This document shows positions 1 to 9,118 of a stretch of 54,598 nt of DNA, one piece after another (position 1 is the first letter of the stretch; each line of letters opens with the position of its first letter). Origin of the DNA: Candidatus Hydrogenedentota bacterium (lineage in GTDB: Bacteria; Hydrogenedentota; Hydrogenedentia; Hydrogenedentales; SLHB01); NCBI GenBank assembly GCA_029974275.1, contig JARKSN010000312.1, positions 1-54,598 on the forward strand, written 5' to 3'. The notes beneath the pieces were generated by a model. It was not told the origin of the DNA, made no database searches, and was given only the letters and a program-made list of their open reading frames with translations. Position numbers and translations under genes: made by a program.

Positions 1-63
1 TTTGTACTTGATGATCCGAACGGCATACTCGTCGATTCCTTCGTAGCGTTTGTAGAAACCCAT
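1..63 (-). CDS. 5' start of a probable sigma-70/ECF-like RNA polymerase sigma factor of the integrative element (runs off the window)
   Basis: ATG at 63 with AGGAGG RBS (complement of 69-74); reads MGFYKRYEGIDEYAVRIIKYK, which resembles N-termini of sigma-70-like proteins found in DUF2924/recombinase elements. Only 21 codons are visible. Confidence 0.5.
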   Translation of the reverse strand, partial: MGFYKRYEGIDEYAVRIIKYK

Positions 64-245
64 TTTAGCCTCCTCGGGGCCGAGGAGGAGCTCGTGTGGG
101 TGTCGACCTGCGCCGGGACGACCGCTCTATATGAAGCGAGCGGAGGTGTTGCGAGTACGCCGGTATCGGCGACACCCACAACGACCTCCGCTCTGCGGCC
201 AGTCTGTTGTCTGGTGATGGACCGTGCTCTAAGGCCGGGTCTGAA

Positions 246-578
246 TCAGACCCGGACCGCGTCCGCCACGGTCATGCGGACGGGCAATCCGTTGTCGATC
301 ATGAGTTCCTGGATCGAGAGCGAGCGCTCCCGGTCGAAGACCTCGAACAGCTCTGCCACCTTCTTTTTCAGGGCGAAGCCGTCATCGCCGCGGGATTCGT
401 TCGGCCCGTTGTCCTTTCCGAACAAGAACAGCCGCAGCACGGTGGGCGGGGGATCGAAGACCGGCTCGCCGTTTTGGACGCGCAGTCCCTCGATCCGCCC
501 GTAGTTGACCTCCTGCATCAGCTCGACCAGGCGTTTCCTGGCAGGAGTCAGGGCCGCCTTTGTCACAACATTTGGCAT
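246..578 (-). CDS. Hypothetical protein of the integrative element (110 aa)
   Basis: ATG at 578 with GGAGG RBS; MPNVVTKAALTPARKRLVELMQEVNYGRIEGLRVQNGEPVFDPPP; co-oriented with all element genes. Confidence 0.75.
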   Translation of the reverse strand: MPNVVTKAALTPARKRLVELMQEVNYGRIEGLRVQNGEPVFDPPPTVLRLFLFGKDNGPNESRGDDGFALKKKVAELFEVFDRERSLSIQELMIDNGLPVRMTVADAVRV

Positions 579-595
579 GTCACACCTCCGGTCTG

Positions 596-675
596 GCCCT
601 CTGGGCAAAGAAAAACCCCCGAGAGGCTGGCCCGGCGAAAGGCTCTCTCGGGGGTTGCTTCAGCGCCCAGAGGGC
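596..675 (-). terminator. Nested stem-loop with U-rich tail in the leader of the 246-578 gene (terminator/attenuator-like)
   Basis: AACCCCCGAGAG (614-625) pairs with CTCTCGGGGGTT (645-656), followed by TTTCTTT on the - strand. Outer stem GCCCTCTGGGC (596-606) pairs with GCCCAGAGGGC (665-675). Confidence 0.5.
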
Positions 676-722
676 GTTGTTGCCTAAATTGATTGGTCGC
701 CGGACCAAGCCTTCAGAGGGAA

Positions 723-765
723 GGCGTGACAACCGGCGTCGCGGGCGCGACAGGAGGCGTCGCGG
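723..765. repeat. Tandem 21-bp-period repeat of a G(C/T)GAC-N7-GTCGC dyad (candidate operator pair)
   Basis: GGCGTGACAACCGGCGTCGCGG (723-744) and GGCGCGACAGGAGGCGTCGCGG (744-765). Confidence 0.6.
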
Positions 766-782
766 AAGGAAAAATCAGAGAA

Positions 783-2006
783 TTATGTGGTCCAGGAGGT
801 GGGCTGATCGGGTTGGTAGGATAGGAACTCCCCGATCTTTAAGGCGTTTTTCAGATGCTGCCAAAGCGGCTCGTGTTCTTTCTTGATGGCTTTCAGTGCA
901 CGATGGATTGCGGCTGAGACGGACTGGCGAGCGCGTTCTCGGTCACTTGATGCCTCACGGTTTTTCCCGTGGAGGCCGGTGGACCGAGCGATTTCCTCAT
1001 TAAGCACTTCACGCTCTTCATTGAGTTTCTCTTTGCGGGCAAGGTCATTATTGGCCTCGGCTTCCGAAAGTTCCTCGTCTATTTCTGTGATTCGTTCCCT
1101 ATACTCGCGGCGCGCTCGGTCGTCGATGACCTCGCCGGCGGAGCCGAAGACAATGGTGTTGTCCTTGCCTATGCCTGCACCCCTCAGCGTTGCGGCGTGG
1201 ATGTCTTGGCCACCGCTTTGAAGGAGTTGGCAGATGTAGGTCATGCCTACGGAATCCCCGATGCTTTTCGGGACACCGTCATAGACAGCAAGCCAGGTCT
1301 TTCCCTGCTTCTGAAATACCCGTCGATCTTTCGGATGATCTTCGGCCAGTAGAGACTCAATAACACCCAGAATGCCAATCCAATCAATCGAGAAACTCCT
1401 CTGGTCGAAGGCGCTATCCAAGGCTGCAACGATGATCCCCGAAGCGTCCAGTATCCGACGCCCTTCGGGTGAAAGTGCAACGCCACGAGGCGTCAACATA
1501 ACGATTCTTTGGGATTGTGGGGATCGTTCCAAACGTTGACATCTGGATAGGAAATCTTTCTGGTCCGCGTTCAAGATCGAAAAATAAACGTTCAGGCTGC
1601 CGATTCCTTCAACACTCTTCTGCCCCAGCGGAATCAAACCGTCATGATTCTCAAGACCGCTTCCACTGATGCCATTATCGCGACGGATCGCCGCAGCGAG
1701 CTTAGGGAGTGAGATATCATACTGCCGGATGTCGTCTTCGGTGAGTGGTATCGGATCGAAGTAGTCGTCTTCGTCTGCAACCCCGAATATGCCCTTGGAG
1801 GTCCGCCGGACAATCAGGTCACCCCCAGGAGGCAAGTGATTCGGGCGTGGAATCTCCGTGGCCCTTGATGTTTCCCGCAGGATTCCCTCCGCACGAAGAA
1901 CACCGAGTTCTTCATCCGGGAAGCGCTCCAATTCTCTATGGAGAAAGACGGGGCACTCGATCTGGTCGAGGCGCTGGAGCACTAAATGGAGAAGCGTCTC
2001 AGTCAA
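783..2006 (-). CDS. Hypothetical protein with a C-terminal putative DNA-binding/regulatory domain (407 aa)
   Basis: The C-terminus (GMTYICQLL...DDRARREYRERITEIDEELSEAEANND...ERARQSVSAAIHRALKAI...LSYQP) resembles the tail of AAA-ATPase transcriptional regulators; overlaps the upstream gene by 8 nt. Confidence 0.75.
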   Translation of the reverse strand: MTETLLHLVLQRLDQIECPVFLHRELERFPDEELGVLRAEGILRETSRATEIPRPNHLPPGGDLIVRRTSKGIFGVADEDDYFDPIPLTEDDIRQYDISLPKLAAAIRRDNGISGSGLENHDGLIPLGQKSVEGIGSLNVYFSILNADQKDFLSRCQRLERSPQSQRIVMLTPRGVALSPEGRRILDASGIIVAALDSAFDQRSFSIDWIGILGVIESLLAEDHPKDRRVFQKQGKTWLAVYDGVPKSIGDSVGMTYICQLLQSGGQDIHAATLRGAGIGKDNTIVFGSAGEVIDDRARREYRERITEIDEELSEAEANNDLARKEKLNEEREVLNEEIARSTGLHGKNREASSDRERARQSVSAAIHRALKAIKKEHEPLWQHLKNALKIGEFLSYQPDQPTSWTT

Positions 2007-3126
2007 TGATGATCCCCCAGTTTCTCAAATAGCGGAATACGTCTTCGGCATGCGTGGCCCGCTTGAACTTGATCTTGTTGGTGCCGGAGAGTTCGATGCG
2101 TTTTCCCCGCCGGTCGTCGGGGAACATGATCTTGAATACGGCCCGGCGGATCGTGCCTCCTGGCAGACGCTTGCGGAGATAGTTCTTTTCCAGCGTCTCC
2201 ATCACATTCTTGGAGCGAACGACGAAGGATGGGCCGTGCGTTTGTTGGATGTTGAAATGAAGCTCAGCGAGGAAGGCCGAATGATCTTCGTCGACCGGCA
2301 TGTCAAAGTCATCTTCCGCTATCCGCGCGAGATTGATGCGGTCCGCCGATCCAGGCGAGTCGAAAAAGTCTTCGTCCTTGAGGCAGCACTCGGCAAACGC
2401 TTTGCGGAGAGCGGTCTCCTCCTTTTCAAAACCGGCTTCTATTTCCACCTGCCCGGTTTCATTGTTATAGCTGATGAAGTCCTGCTGCGCGGGACGGAGG
2501 ATGGTCGGTGCAACTTTCGGCCTCGTGCGGGTTCCCTTGAAAATCAATTCCGCTTTGACCCGTTTCTCGTGGTAGACGATGAAATTCGTGTATGCACCCT
2601 CTTGATAGTGGCGGACGAGAACCCGGTCACTGTTTTTGTGATCCTTGAAGACTTCGGCGAGTTTTGTTTGGAAGGCGCTGGAAGCCGCATCCGCGTCAAC
2701 GATGCCCGCTGCCGACTTCCCGCGAAAAATGGTGAAGCGTTCGGCGCGCCAGAGGTTATACCGATCATACGCAAGGGTAAAAGCATCCTCGTTCTCGCTT
2801 CTGACCTTCAGACTCATACATTCGACTGGTAAATCTCCATTGCCGTCCGGTGCGTATCCGCATTCGTTGCAAGCGGCCACGAGGTCTTCATGGCCTCGCT
2901 CGGTACAGAGGTCAAAGGCCATGTAGAGGCTTTCGAGCAGATCGTCCTTGCCGTCCCCGTCGCCATCGACAAGGAATTCCTTGAAGCGGGGAACATCAAG
3001 AGATGCGGCGTCAAGCCCGAGTCGACCATCCCAAAGGCCAACGAAGTTGCGGAGGATGGCCTCTTGGCCCTGGAATTTATCCAAAAACCGATCCGCATTG
3101 AACGTTCGATGCTTGAGCTTCCCCAT
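1999..3126 (-). CDS. Hypothetical protein (375 aa) in the lexA operon
   Basis: Long ORF with globular composition; starts 6 nt after the lexA stop and overlaps the next gene; no family recognised. Confidence 0.8.
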   Translation of the reverse strand: MGKLKHRTFNADRFLDKFQGQEAILRNFVGLWDGRLGLDAASLDVPRFKEFLVDGDGDGKDDLLESLYMAFDLCTERGHEDLVAACNECGYAPDGNGDLPVECMSLKVRSENEDAFTLAYDRYNLWRAERFTIFRGKSAAGIVDADAASSAFQTKLAEVFKDHKNSDRVLVRHYQEGAYTNFIVYHEKRVKAELIFKGTRTRPKVAPTILRPAQQDFISYNNETGQVEIEAGFEKEETALRKAFAECCLKDEDFFDSPGSADRINLARIAEDDFDMPVDEDHSAFLAELHFNIQQTHGPSFVVRSKNVMETLEKNYLRKRLPGGTIRRAVFKIMFPDDRRGKRIELSGTNKIKFKRATHAEDVFRYLRNWGIIID

Positions 3127-3132
3127 TCTCTC

Positions 3133-3780
3133 TTACCTCCCTTGTCTGTGCCGGACGGCGATGACCTTGCCGAGAATACGGAGCCCGTCGTCGGGTCCAA
3201 CCGGGATCGGTCGATGCTTCGGATTTTCCGGTCTTAGTTCTATTTTTTCGTCACGAATGAAAAGCCGTTTCACCGTGGCTTCGTCTTCCAATAGGGCGAC
3301 CACGATGTCTCCGTTCTCAGCCACGGGCTGTTCGCGGACCACAACCAGATCGCGTTCTCTGATTCCGGCGTTGACCATGCTGTCTCCGGCAACTTCGAGG
3401 GCGAAGCATCTGCCCGACCGGGCGATCCTGCCTTCGACCATGATCTCGCCGACGATATTCTCCACAGCCAGAATCGGTCGGCCCGCCGCCACGCGTCCGA
3501 CGATGGGAATGGCGGTCATGACGGAGAGTGTGTCCTCCGGTTCGCGGACGATGGCAAGACTCCGGGCTTTTCTCGCCTCGCGTTTCAGGTATCCCTTGCG
3601 GACGAGCTGGTTCACCTGTCCATGCGCACTGGCGTGCGATATCCCGAGAATATCGGCAAGCTCCTTTATGGTCGGGGGGAACCCCCGATGGTTCGTGAAA
3701 CGGCGTATCTCCTTCAAGGCGTTGATCTGTGTGTCGGTTATCTCCTCAACAGGGCGTCGGCCTCTGCCTTTACGTTCCAT
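3133..3780 (-). CDS. lexA: Element-encoded LexA-family repressor (S24 autopeptidase)
   Basis: N-terminal HTH (GFPPTIKELADILGIS), Ala-Gly cleavage site (GRVAAGRP), catalytic Ser (GDSM) and Lys (ATVKRL); ATG at 3780 with GAGG RBS. Confidence 0.92.
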   Translation of the reverse strand: MERKGRGRRPVEEITDTQINALKEIRRFTNHRGFPPTIKELADILGISHASAHGQVNQLVRKGYLKREARKARSLAIVREPEDTLSVMTAIPIVGRVAAGRPILAVENIVGEIMVEGRIARSGRCFALEVAGDSMVNAGIRERDLVVVREQPVAENGDIVVALLEDEATVKRLFIRDEKIELRPENPKHRPIPVGPDDGLRILGKVIAVRHRQGR

Positions 3781-3877
3781 TTCGATGACCTCGGTCTTCC
3801 TGAGTCTTGAAAGCCTCATGAACGACATCGGCCGCGGTGCCGAGTGGAGGCACACTACGGCCACGTTACAAAATGCT

Positions 3878-3907
3878 ATTATATAACCCTGATAGGCGTC
3901 AGGTCAA
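3878..3907 (-). promoter_or_regulatory. Sigma-70 promoter for the lexA operon with a palindromic operator in the spacer
   Basis: TTGACC (3907-3902), 18 nt, TATAAT (3883-3878); CCTGA-N6-TCAGG dyad at 3888-3903. Confidence 0.7.
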
Positions 3908-4017
3908 TTCAAAAAAATGTACACAGACCGAGGGAAGGCTTCAACTAATCGAAAGGAAAGAGATTGAGGGCGATAGAGGCCCTCAAGAATGAGAATGTCG
4001 GCAGACGGGTGGAAGGC

Positions 4018-4452
4018 TTATTCGATGCGGTCTTTGCGCATCTGCGCCCACATTTTGCGCTGACGGTTCCAGTGGGGAACGGCCGCGACGGGCCGGAGGT
4101 CCCTCTCCAGGATCAGGTCGCGGCCCTTGGTTGTATTCGGTAGGAAAAGAATGTCCTCCTGAATGTCCGGAGCGAGATTCAGCAAGTTCATGATCTGGGT
4201 GATGCGCGCCCGGGTCACGTAGCCGAGGCGGGCAAGGTCCGCGTAGTCTTGTACCTCGCCGCGCCGGACCAGCCCGTCGAAGCGGATCGCCAAAGCCAGA
4301 AGCCTGGCGACACGGGGGATGTTCCCTTTGCCGGTTGAACCGCTCTGGTTGTCGGATTGTGCCCCGCCGGACTTGCGTTTGTTTCTCGGCTGGAATGTGA
4401 AGCTCACTTCCAAGTGCCCACCGCCGCCCGAAAGACGTATCGTCGAGGTCAT
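4018..4452 (-). CDS. Recombinase-associated small HTH-like protein (144 aa)
   Basis: ATGA overlap with the recombinase stop; IPRVARLLALAIRFDGLVRRGEVQDYADLARLGYVTRARITQIMNLLNLAPDIQE is typical of the protein that follows large serine recombinases in DUF2924 modules. Confidence 0.75.
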   Translation of the reverse strand: MTSTIRLSGGGGHLEVSFTFQPRNKRKSGGAQSDNQSGSTGKGNIPRVARLLALAIRFDGLVRRGEVQDYADLARLGYVTRARITQIMNLLNLAPDIQEDILFLPNTTKGRDLILERDLRPVAAVPHWNRQRKMWAQMRKDRIE

Positions 4453-6062
4453 GTGCGCTCCTCCACTCCACGGGTTCCGTCTCCCATGCACATTGCCTTG
4501 ATGCCGGGGGATCGGAACGTCACGGTCACTTTGCCGTCGCGTCCATCGTAGGCGACACGCTCGACGAGGGTCTTGATGATCCGCGCCTGCTCGCGTGGGG
4601 CGAGCGATTCCCAAATGGGATCGAAAGCCGTGAGGGCTTTCTCCAGGTCTCCCTCGTCCAGTGTTTCTTTCTGAATGGCGACGGTTTCCTCCCGGATGGC
4701 GGTCATCCGCTGCTCCAGAGACCGTATCTGGTCCTGAAGATCGGCCATCTGATCGGTCACCAGCCGTCGGTCCGTGCTTGATGTGGGCGACTCGGCCACA
4801 AGGGCGCGGAGTCTGACATCCAGCCGTTTGAGTTCGCGCTCGTGGGCCCGACGTTCGGTTTCGAGTTCCGTCAATCGCTTTTGGCTCTGTGCCCGCACCT
4901 CTGATGCCGTCTTCGAAAAGACCTCCGTGCTTGAGCCCAAGCCGCGGATATAGTCGACGACCGCGGTTTCGATCTCATGGGCGTTGAGCGATTTGGTCGG
5001 ACAGGCCGTCCATCCGCGTTGCTGGGCGGTCAGGCAGACGTAGTAGCGGTAGTGCCTTCCGTTCTTGGCGGTGTAGGTATGCACCATGGCGGTTCCACAG
5101 GGCGCGCAGTAGAGCAACCCCCTCAGCAGCGCTCCGTATTTGTTGCGGATATCCTTTCCGCCGGAGCGGCCGTTGTGCCGCAGGGTATCCTGTACCCGCT
5201 GCCAGAGGTCCGGGTCCACGATTCCCTCGTGCTCCCCGCGGTAAATGGTGCCCTTGTAGCAGACGTTGCCTGTGTAGACGACGTTGGTGAGCAACCGAAA
5301 GAGGCTGCTTTTGTTGAACAGATTCCCGCCGCGCACATCCCCTCGCTGGGTGGTCCACTGTTTTGCCCCCCACTTGCGGCGTTCGAGTTCCTGCACGACG
5401 GGGATCAGTGCTTTATGCTCCAGGTAGAGGTCGTAGATGCCCCGCACTTTCAAAGCCTCGTCTTCGTTGACGATCAGCCGTCCACCCTTACGATCCACGT
5501 CATAGCCTAGGACAGGCATGCCCCCGACCCATTTGCCCTTCTTGCGGGCCGCGGACATCTTGTCTCTGGTCCGCTCCGAGATGATCTCCCGCTCGATCTG
5601 GGCGAAGGAAAGTAGGATGTTTAGGGTGAGCCGTCCCATGGAGCTGGTCGTGTTGAACTGCTGGGTGACAGAGACAAAGCTCACGGCGTGCTTGTCGAAG
5701 AGCTCCATCATGCGGGCGAAGTCCAGGAGAGACCGGCTCAGACGGTCCACCTTATATACCACCACGCAGTCGATGCCGCCGGATTCGACATCGGCGAAGA
5801 GCCGCTTGAGGGCCGGGCGCTCCATATTGCCGCCGGTGAAACCACCGTCGTCGTACCGCTCTGAGATGCACAGCCATCCCTCATGCCGCTGGCTCGCGAT
5901 ATAGGCTTCCGCGGACTCCCGCTGGGCATCGAGGCTGTTGAAGTCTTGGTCGAGACCTTCGTCGGTGGATTTCCGGGTATAGATGGCGCAACGCACGGTC
6001 GTCCTGTGAGTCTCCACCGATTGCCGGATGGATGGATTGTTTCTTTCCGCAGGTCTGCTCAT
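4449..6062 (-). CDS. Large serine recombinase (resolvase + recombinase + Zn-ribbon + coiled coil)
   Basis: CAIYTRKST catalytic Ser motif, YDDGGFTGGNMERPAL, VVYKVDRLSRS, Zn ribbon LLYCAPCG...YYVC...C. Confidence 0.95.
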   Translation of the reverse strand: MSRPAERNNPSIRQSVETHRTTVRCAIYTRKSTDEGLDQDFNSLDAQRESAEAYIASQRHEGWLCISERYDDGGFTGGNMERPALKRLFADVESGGIDCVVVYKVDRLSRSLLDFARMMELFDKHAVSFVSVTQQFNTTSSMGRLTLNILLSFAQIEREIISERTRDKMSAARKKGKWVGGMPVLGYDVDRKGGRLIVNEDEALKVRGIYDLYLEHKALIPVVQELERRKWGAKQWTTQRGDVRGGNLFNKSSLFRLLTNVVYTGNVCYKGTIYRGEHEGIVDPDLWQRVQDTLRHNGRSGGKDIRNKYGALLRGLLYCAPCGTAMVHTYTAKNGRHYRYYVCLTAQQRGWTACPTKSLNAHEIETAVVDYIRGLGSSTEVFSKTASEVRAQSQKRLTELETERRAHERELKRLDVRLRALVAESPTSSTDRRLVTDQMADLQDQIRSLEQRMTAIREETVAIQKETLDEGDLEKALTAFDPIWESLAPREQARIIKTLVERVAYDGRDGKVTVTFRSPGIKAMCMGDGTRGVEERT

Positions 6063-6598
6063 TCATTCCTCCTGTTCGGCTCTCCGTTTTGCTTTCGCGG
6101 CTCCTTGGATTCCGCAAGTCCGAAAAAGAGGAATCCGTTCCATTTGCTGCCCGTGGCCTCCTGGGCGATTGCGGAGAGGGACTTGAACCGTCGTCCGTCG
6201 TACTCGAAGCCTTTGTCGAGCACCTTGACCACGATGTCACGGCCCCGGAACTCTCTGGCCAGCAGCGTTCCGGGCAAGGGCAATCTGCGGTCCCGCAATT
6301 GGTGCAACCGGCCGGTCACCGAGCGCTCCCTGACTTCCATCAACCCCGGTTTCAACGGATCGCGTGGTGTGCGGACCCGGAGATCCGCGTCGTTGGCGAT
6401 CTCTTCAGCCCTCCGCTTGGCCCGCTCCGAAAGATCGCCCTCGGCCATGGCTTGAATTCGCCAGGCAATCCGTTTTCGAAGGAAGTCTTTGTGGTACGAC
6501 CTCGTTTCCTCGCCGAAGACATCGATATACCGCTCCCGAAGTTCCCCTACGGTCATCCGGGAAAGTGCCTGCACCTGCTGATAAGTCGTTTCATTCAT
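6059..6598 (-). CDS. DUF2924 family protein
   Basis: LRKRIAWRIQAMAEGDLS...PGTLLAREFRG...GFEYDGRRFKSLSAIAQEATGSKWNGFLFFGL; ATGA-coupled to the recombinase. Confidence 0.9.
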   Translation of the reverse strand: MNETTYQQVQALSRMTVGELRERYIDVFGEETRSYHKDFLRKRIAWRIQAMAEGDLSERAKRRAEEIANDADLRVRTPRDPLKPGLMEVRERSVTGRLHQLRDRRLPLPGTLLAREFRGRDIVVKVLDKGFEYDGRRFKSLSAIAQEATGSKWNGFLFFGLAESKEPRKQNGEPNRRNE

Positions 6599-6662
6599 GG
6601 CAACCTCCTATTTTTCGGACCAACCGCCGAAATCGGCCAGCCGCTCCAGCCGTCTCGTGGCG

Positions 6663-6887
6663 TTAACCACTGCATGAATGAAGGCTTCTATTGGCCGAAC
6701 AATCAAGTCGATTCTCTGTAAACTCTTCGTGTTCTTGGGTTTGCGCCACATGGCCGGCCATATCCGGGCTGGATGGCGGCAGGCGGCGTCCCCTCCGGTA
6801 ACGGAGGTAGCCTTCTCCCAGAATCGAGGCGATCTCTGAAATGGTTTCCTCGAGACGAGGTGCTGAGGATTCTCTACGTTCCATCAT
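6663..6887 (-). CDS. Small hypothetical protein upstream of DUF2924 (74 aa)
   Basis: ATG at 6887 with AAGGAGG RBS; EIASILGEGYLRY motif resembles small ORFs in this position of related elements. Confidence 0.55.
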   Translation of the reverse strand: MMERRESSAPRLEETISEIASILGEGYLRYRRGRRLPPSSPDMAGHVAQTQEHEEFTENRLDCSANRSLHSCSG

Positions 6888-7316
6888 GTCCTCCTTGCGG
6901 CGACCGCAGGGGGCGTCGTGGATGCCGCCGGGAGGATGGGTTCGGCCGTCAAGTCGCCGACCGCGGGTCCACCGATCCGCCCTGAAGGGCGGGCTTGGCG
7001 TCACCCACAACGGTCTCCGTCTCTCTCGGCCGCTTCCGCTGTCTGGCGTTTGTCTTTTGCCGGGCGCTTCCGCTCGGCTTCCGGTCGATACTTACCGGAG
7101 CTCCTTTCGGGGTGTCGGACCTGGGTTGACGACAGGAGAGGCGTTAACAGCGGGCGGAAAAGGAATGGAGAATCGGAGAATCAGGAGGGCACATCCGAAA
7201 GCGGCGGGCGAAAACGTCAGCGTTCATCCGCGAAGCCCGCAGGCTGTGCGGGAATCGGAGAAGAGGAGAGAATGTGTGGGCGGGCGCAAAGCGGCGTGGA
7301 ATCGCCTGAAACAGCA

Positions 7317-7346
7317 AAACCCCGAGGGGATGACCCGACGGGGTTT
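7317..7346 (-). terminator. Probable terminator hairpin downstream of tRNA-Asn
   Basis: AAACCCCG (7317-7324) pairs with CGGGGTTT (7339-7346), followed by TGCTGTTT on the - strand. Confidence 0.4.
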
Positions 7347-7386
7347 CGCGCTAACAAATGACCGCTGAAGTTCAGCGGATTAAATT

Positions 7387-7462
7387 TGGCTCCGCGAGCA
7401 GGACTCGAACCTGCGACCTAGTGGTTAACAGCCACCCGCTCTACCGACTGAGCTATCGCGGA
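7387..7462 (-). tRNA. tRNA-Asn(GTT)
   Basis: TCCGCGATAGCTCAGTCGGTAGAGC...GTGGCT-GTT-AACCAC...GGTTCGAGTCC...CGCGGAGCCA; 76 nt cloverleaf with encoded CCA. Confidence 0.97.
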
Positions 7463-7477
7463 ACGTTTTGGGGGGGC

Positions 7478-8335
<858 letters not shown>

Positions 8336-8372
8336 CGCATAGACGCAAAGGACGGAACCATATGAAGCTCAG

Positions 8373-9053
8373 TTGGATGCCAAGGCAATCGCTGACCTTA
8401 AGGCGCGTGTCGAGAATCAAAGCGCGACGGTCGGGCTAGTTGCTCAAGAAGCCAGTACAGCGAAGGCGTTATCCGAAGAGGTAGCTGATAAGAACCAACA
8501 AGCAGAGACCAAACTCGCCGCAATCGACAAAACCCTTACACAGGCAAGTTCGACTCTCAAGAAATTGGAGTCAGTTACTGAATTCACGATAACGGTTGTA
8601 GCGGCCCAAAACGATGATCGAAAAGCCTTTGACAAACTAAGGGAGTGGGCAGACGATGATACTCACCCGTTTCGCGATAGGGCAGCGCAGGCTCGGGATT
8701 CGATCATAAACGCACTCACTCCCCCGATTCGTCGCGTGCCCCCAAGTTTTCCTTGGAACGAGGGGATAGACCCCTCTGCGTTGTCCCTGGAGGACCTTCG
8801 ATCCCATTATTTAACTGTTGCCTCAAGGTGGCGTCCGTCCCTGATCGACTATATCTGGGGACGCGAGGATATTCCCAAGATTGACCGTTTAGATCTTCTT
8901 ATGAGTGTGATGTTGGAGGACGATAGGCTAAGGGCAGTTGAACACGCTGGGCGCTGCTTCATCTGTGGTATAGACCAGCGAATCCATCCGCTGGCGCTCC
9001 ATTCTTTGAGCGTATGGTGGAGGGAACACAGAGAAGAGTTTGAAGGTAGATGA
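8373..9053 (+). CDS. Hypothetical coiled-coil/helical protein, probably 5'-truncated
   Basis: Open frame from a stop at 8340 with no convincing start or RBS; AT-richer than mfd. Confidence 0.5.
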   Translation: MDAKAIADLKARVENQSATVGLVAQEASTAKALSEEVADKNQQAETKLAAIDKTLTQASSTLKKLESVTEFTITVVAAQNDDRKAFDKLREWADDDTHPFRDRAAQARDSIINALTPPIRRVPPSFPWNEGIDPSALSLEDLRSHYLTVASRWRPSLIDYIWGREDIPKIDRLDLLMSVMLEDDRLRAVEHAGRCFICGIDQRIHPLALHSLSVWWREHREEFEGR

Positions 9054-9118
9054 AGTTCAAATAGAGTTCCATCCCACTTGCACGTTTCCTTCACCTTTAG
9101 GTAGCCTACGCGGACATC

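Larger units (their letters stand above)
1..7386 (-). mobile_element. Integrative/prophage-like element of the DUF2924-serine recombinase type adjoining tRNA-Asn (other end outside the window)
   Basis: DUF2924-recombinase module, private lexA and sigma-like gene, all co-oriented and abutting the tRNA 3' end. Confidence 0.75.

Noticed and set aside
6888..7316. ORFs or an ncRNA between the small element ORF and tRNA-Asn
   Set aside because: The ORFs are low-complexity without RBS support, and I found no structure I could defend; probably element-end or promoter DNA.
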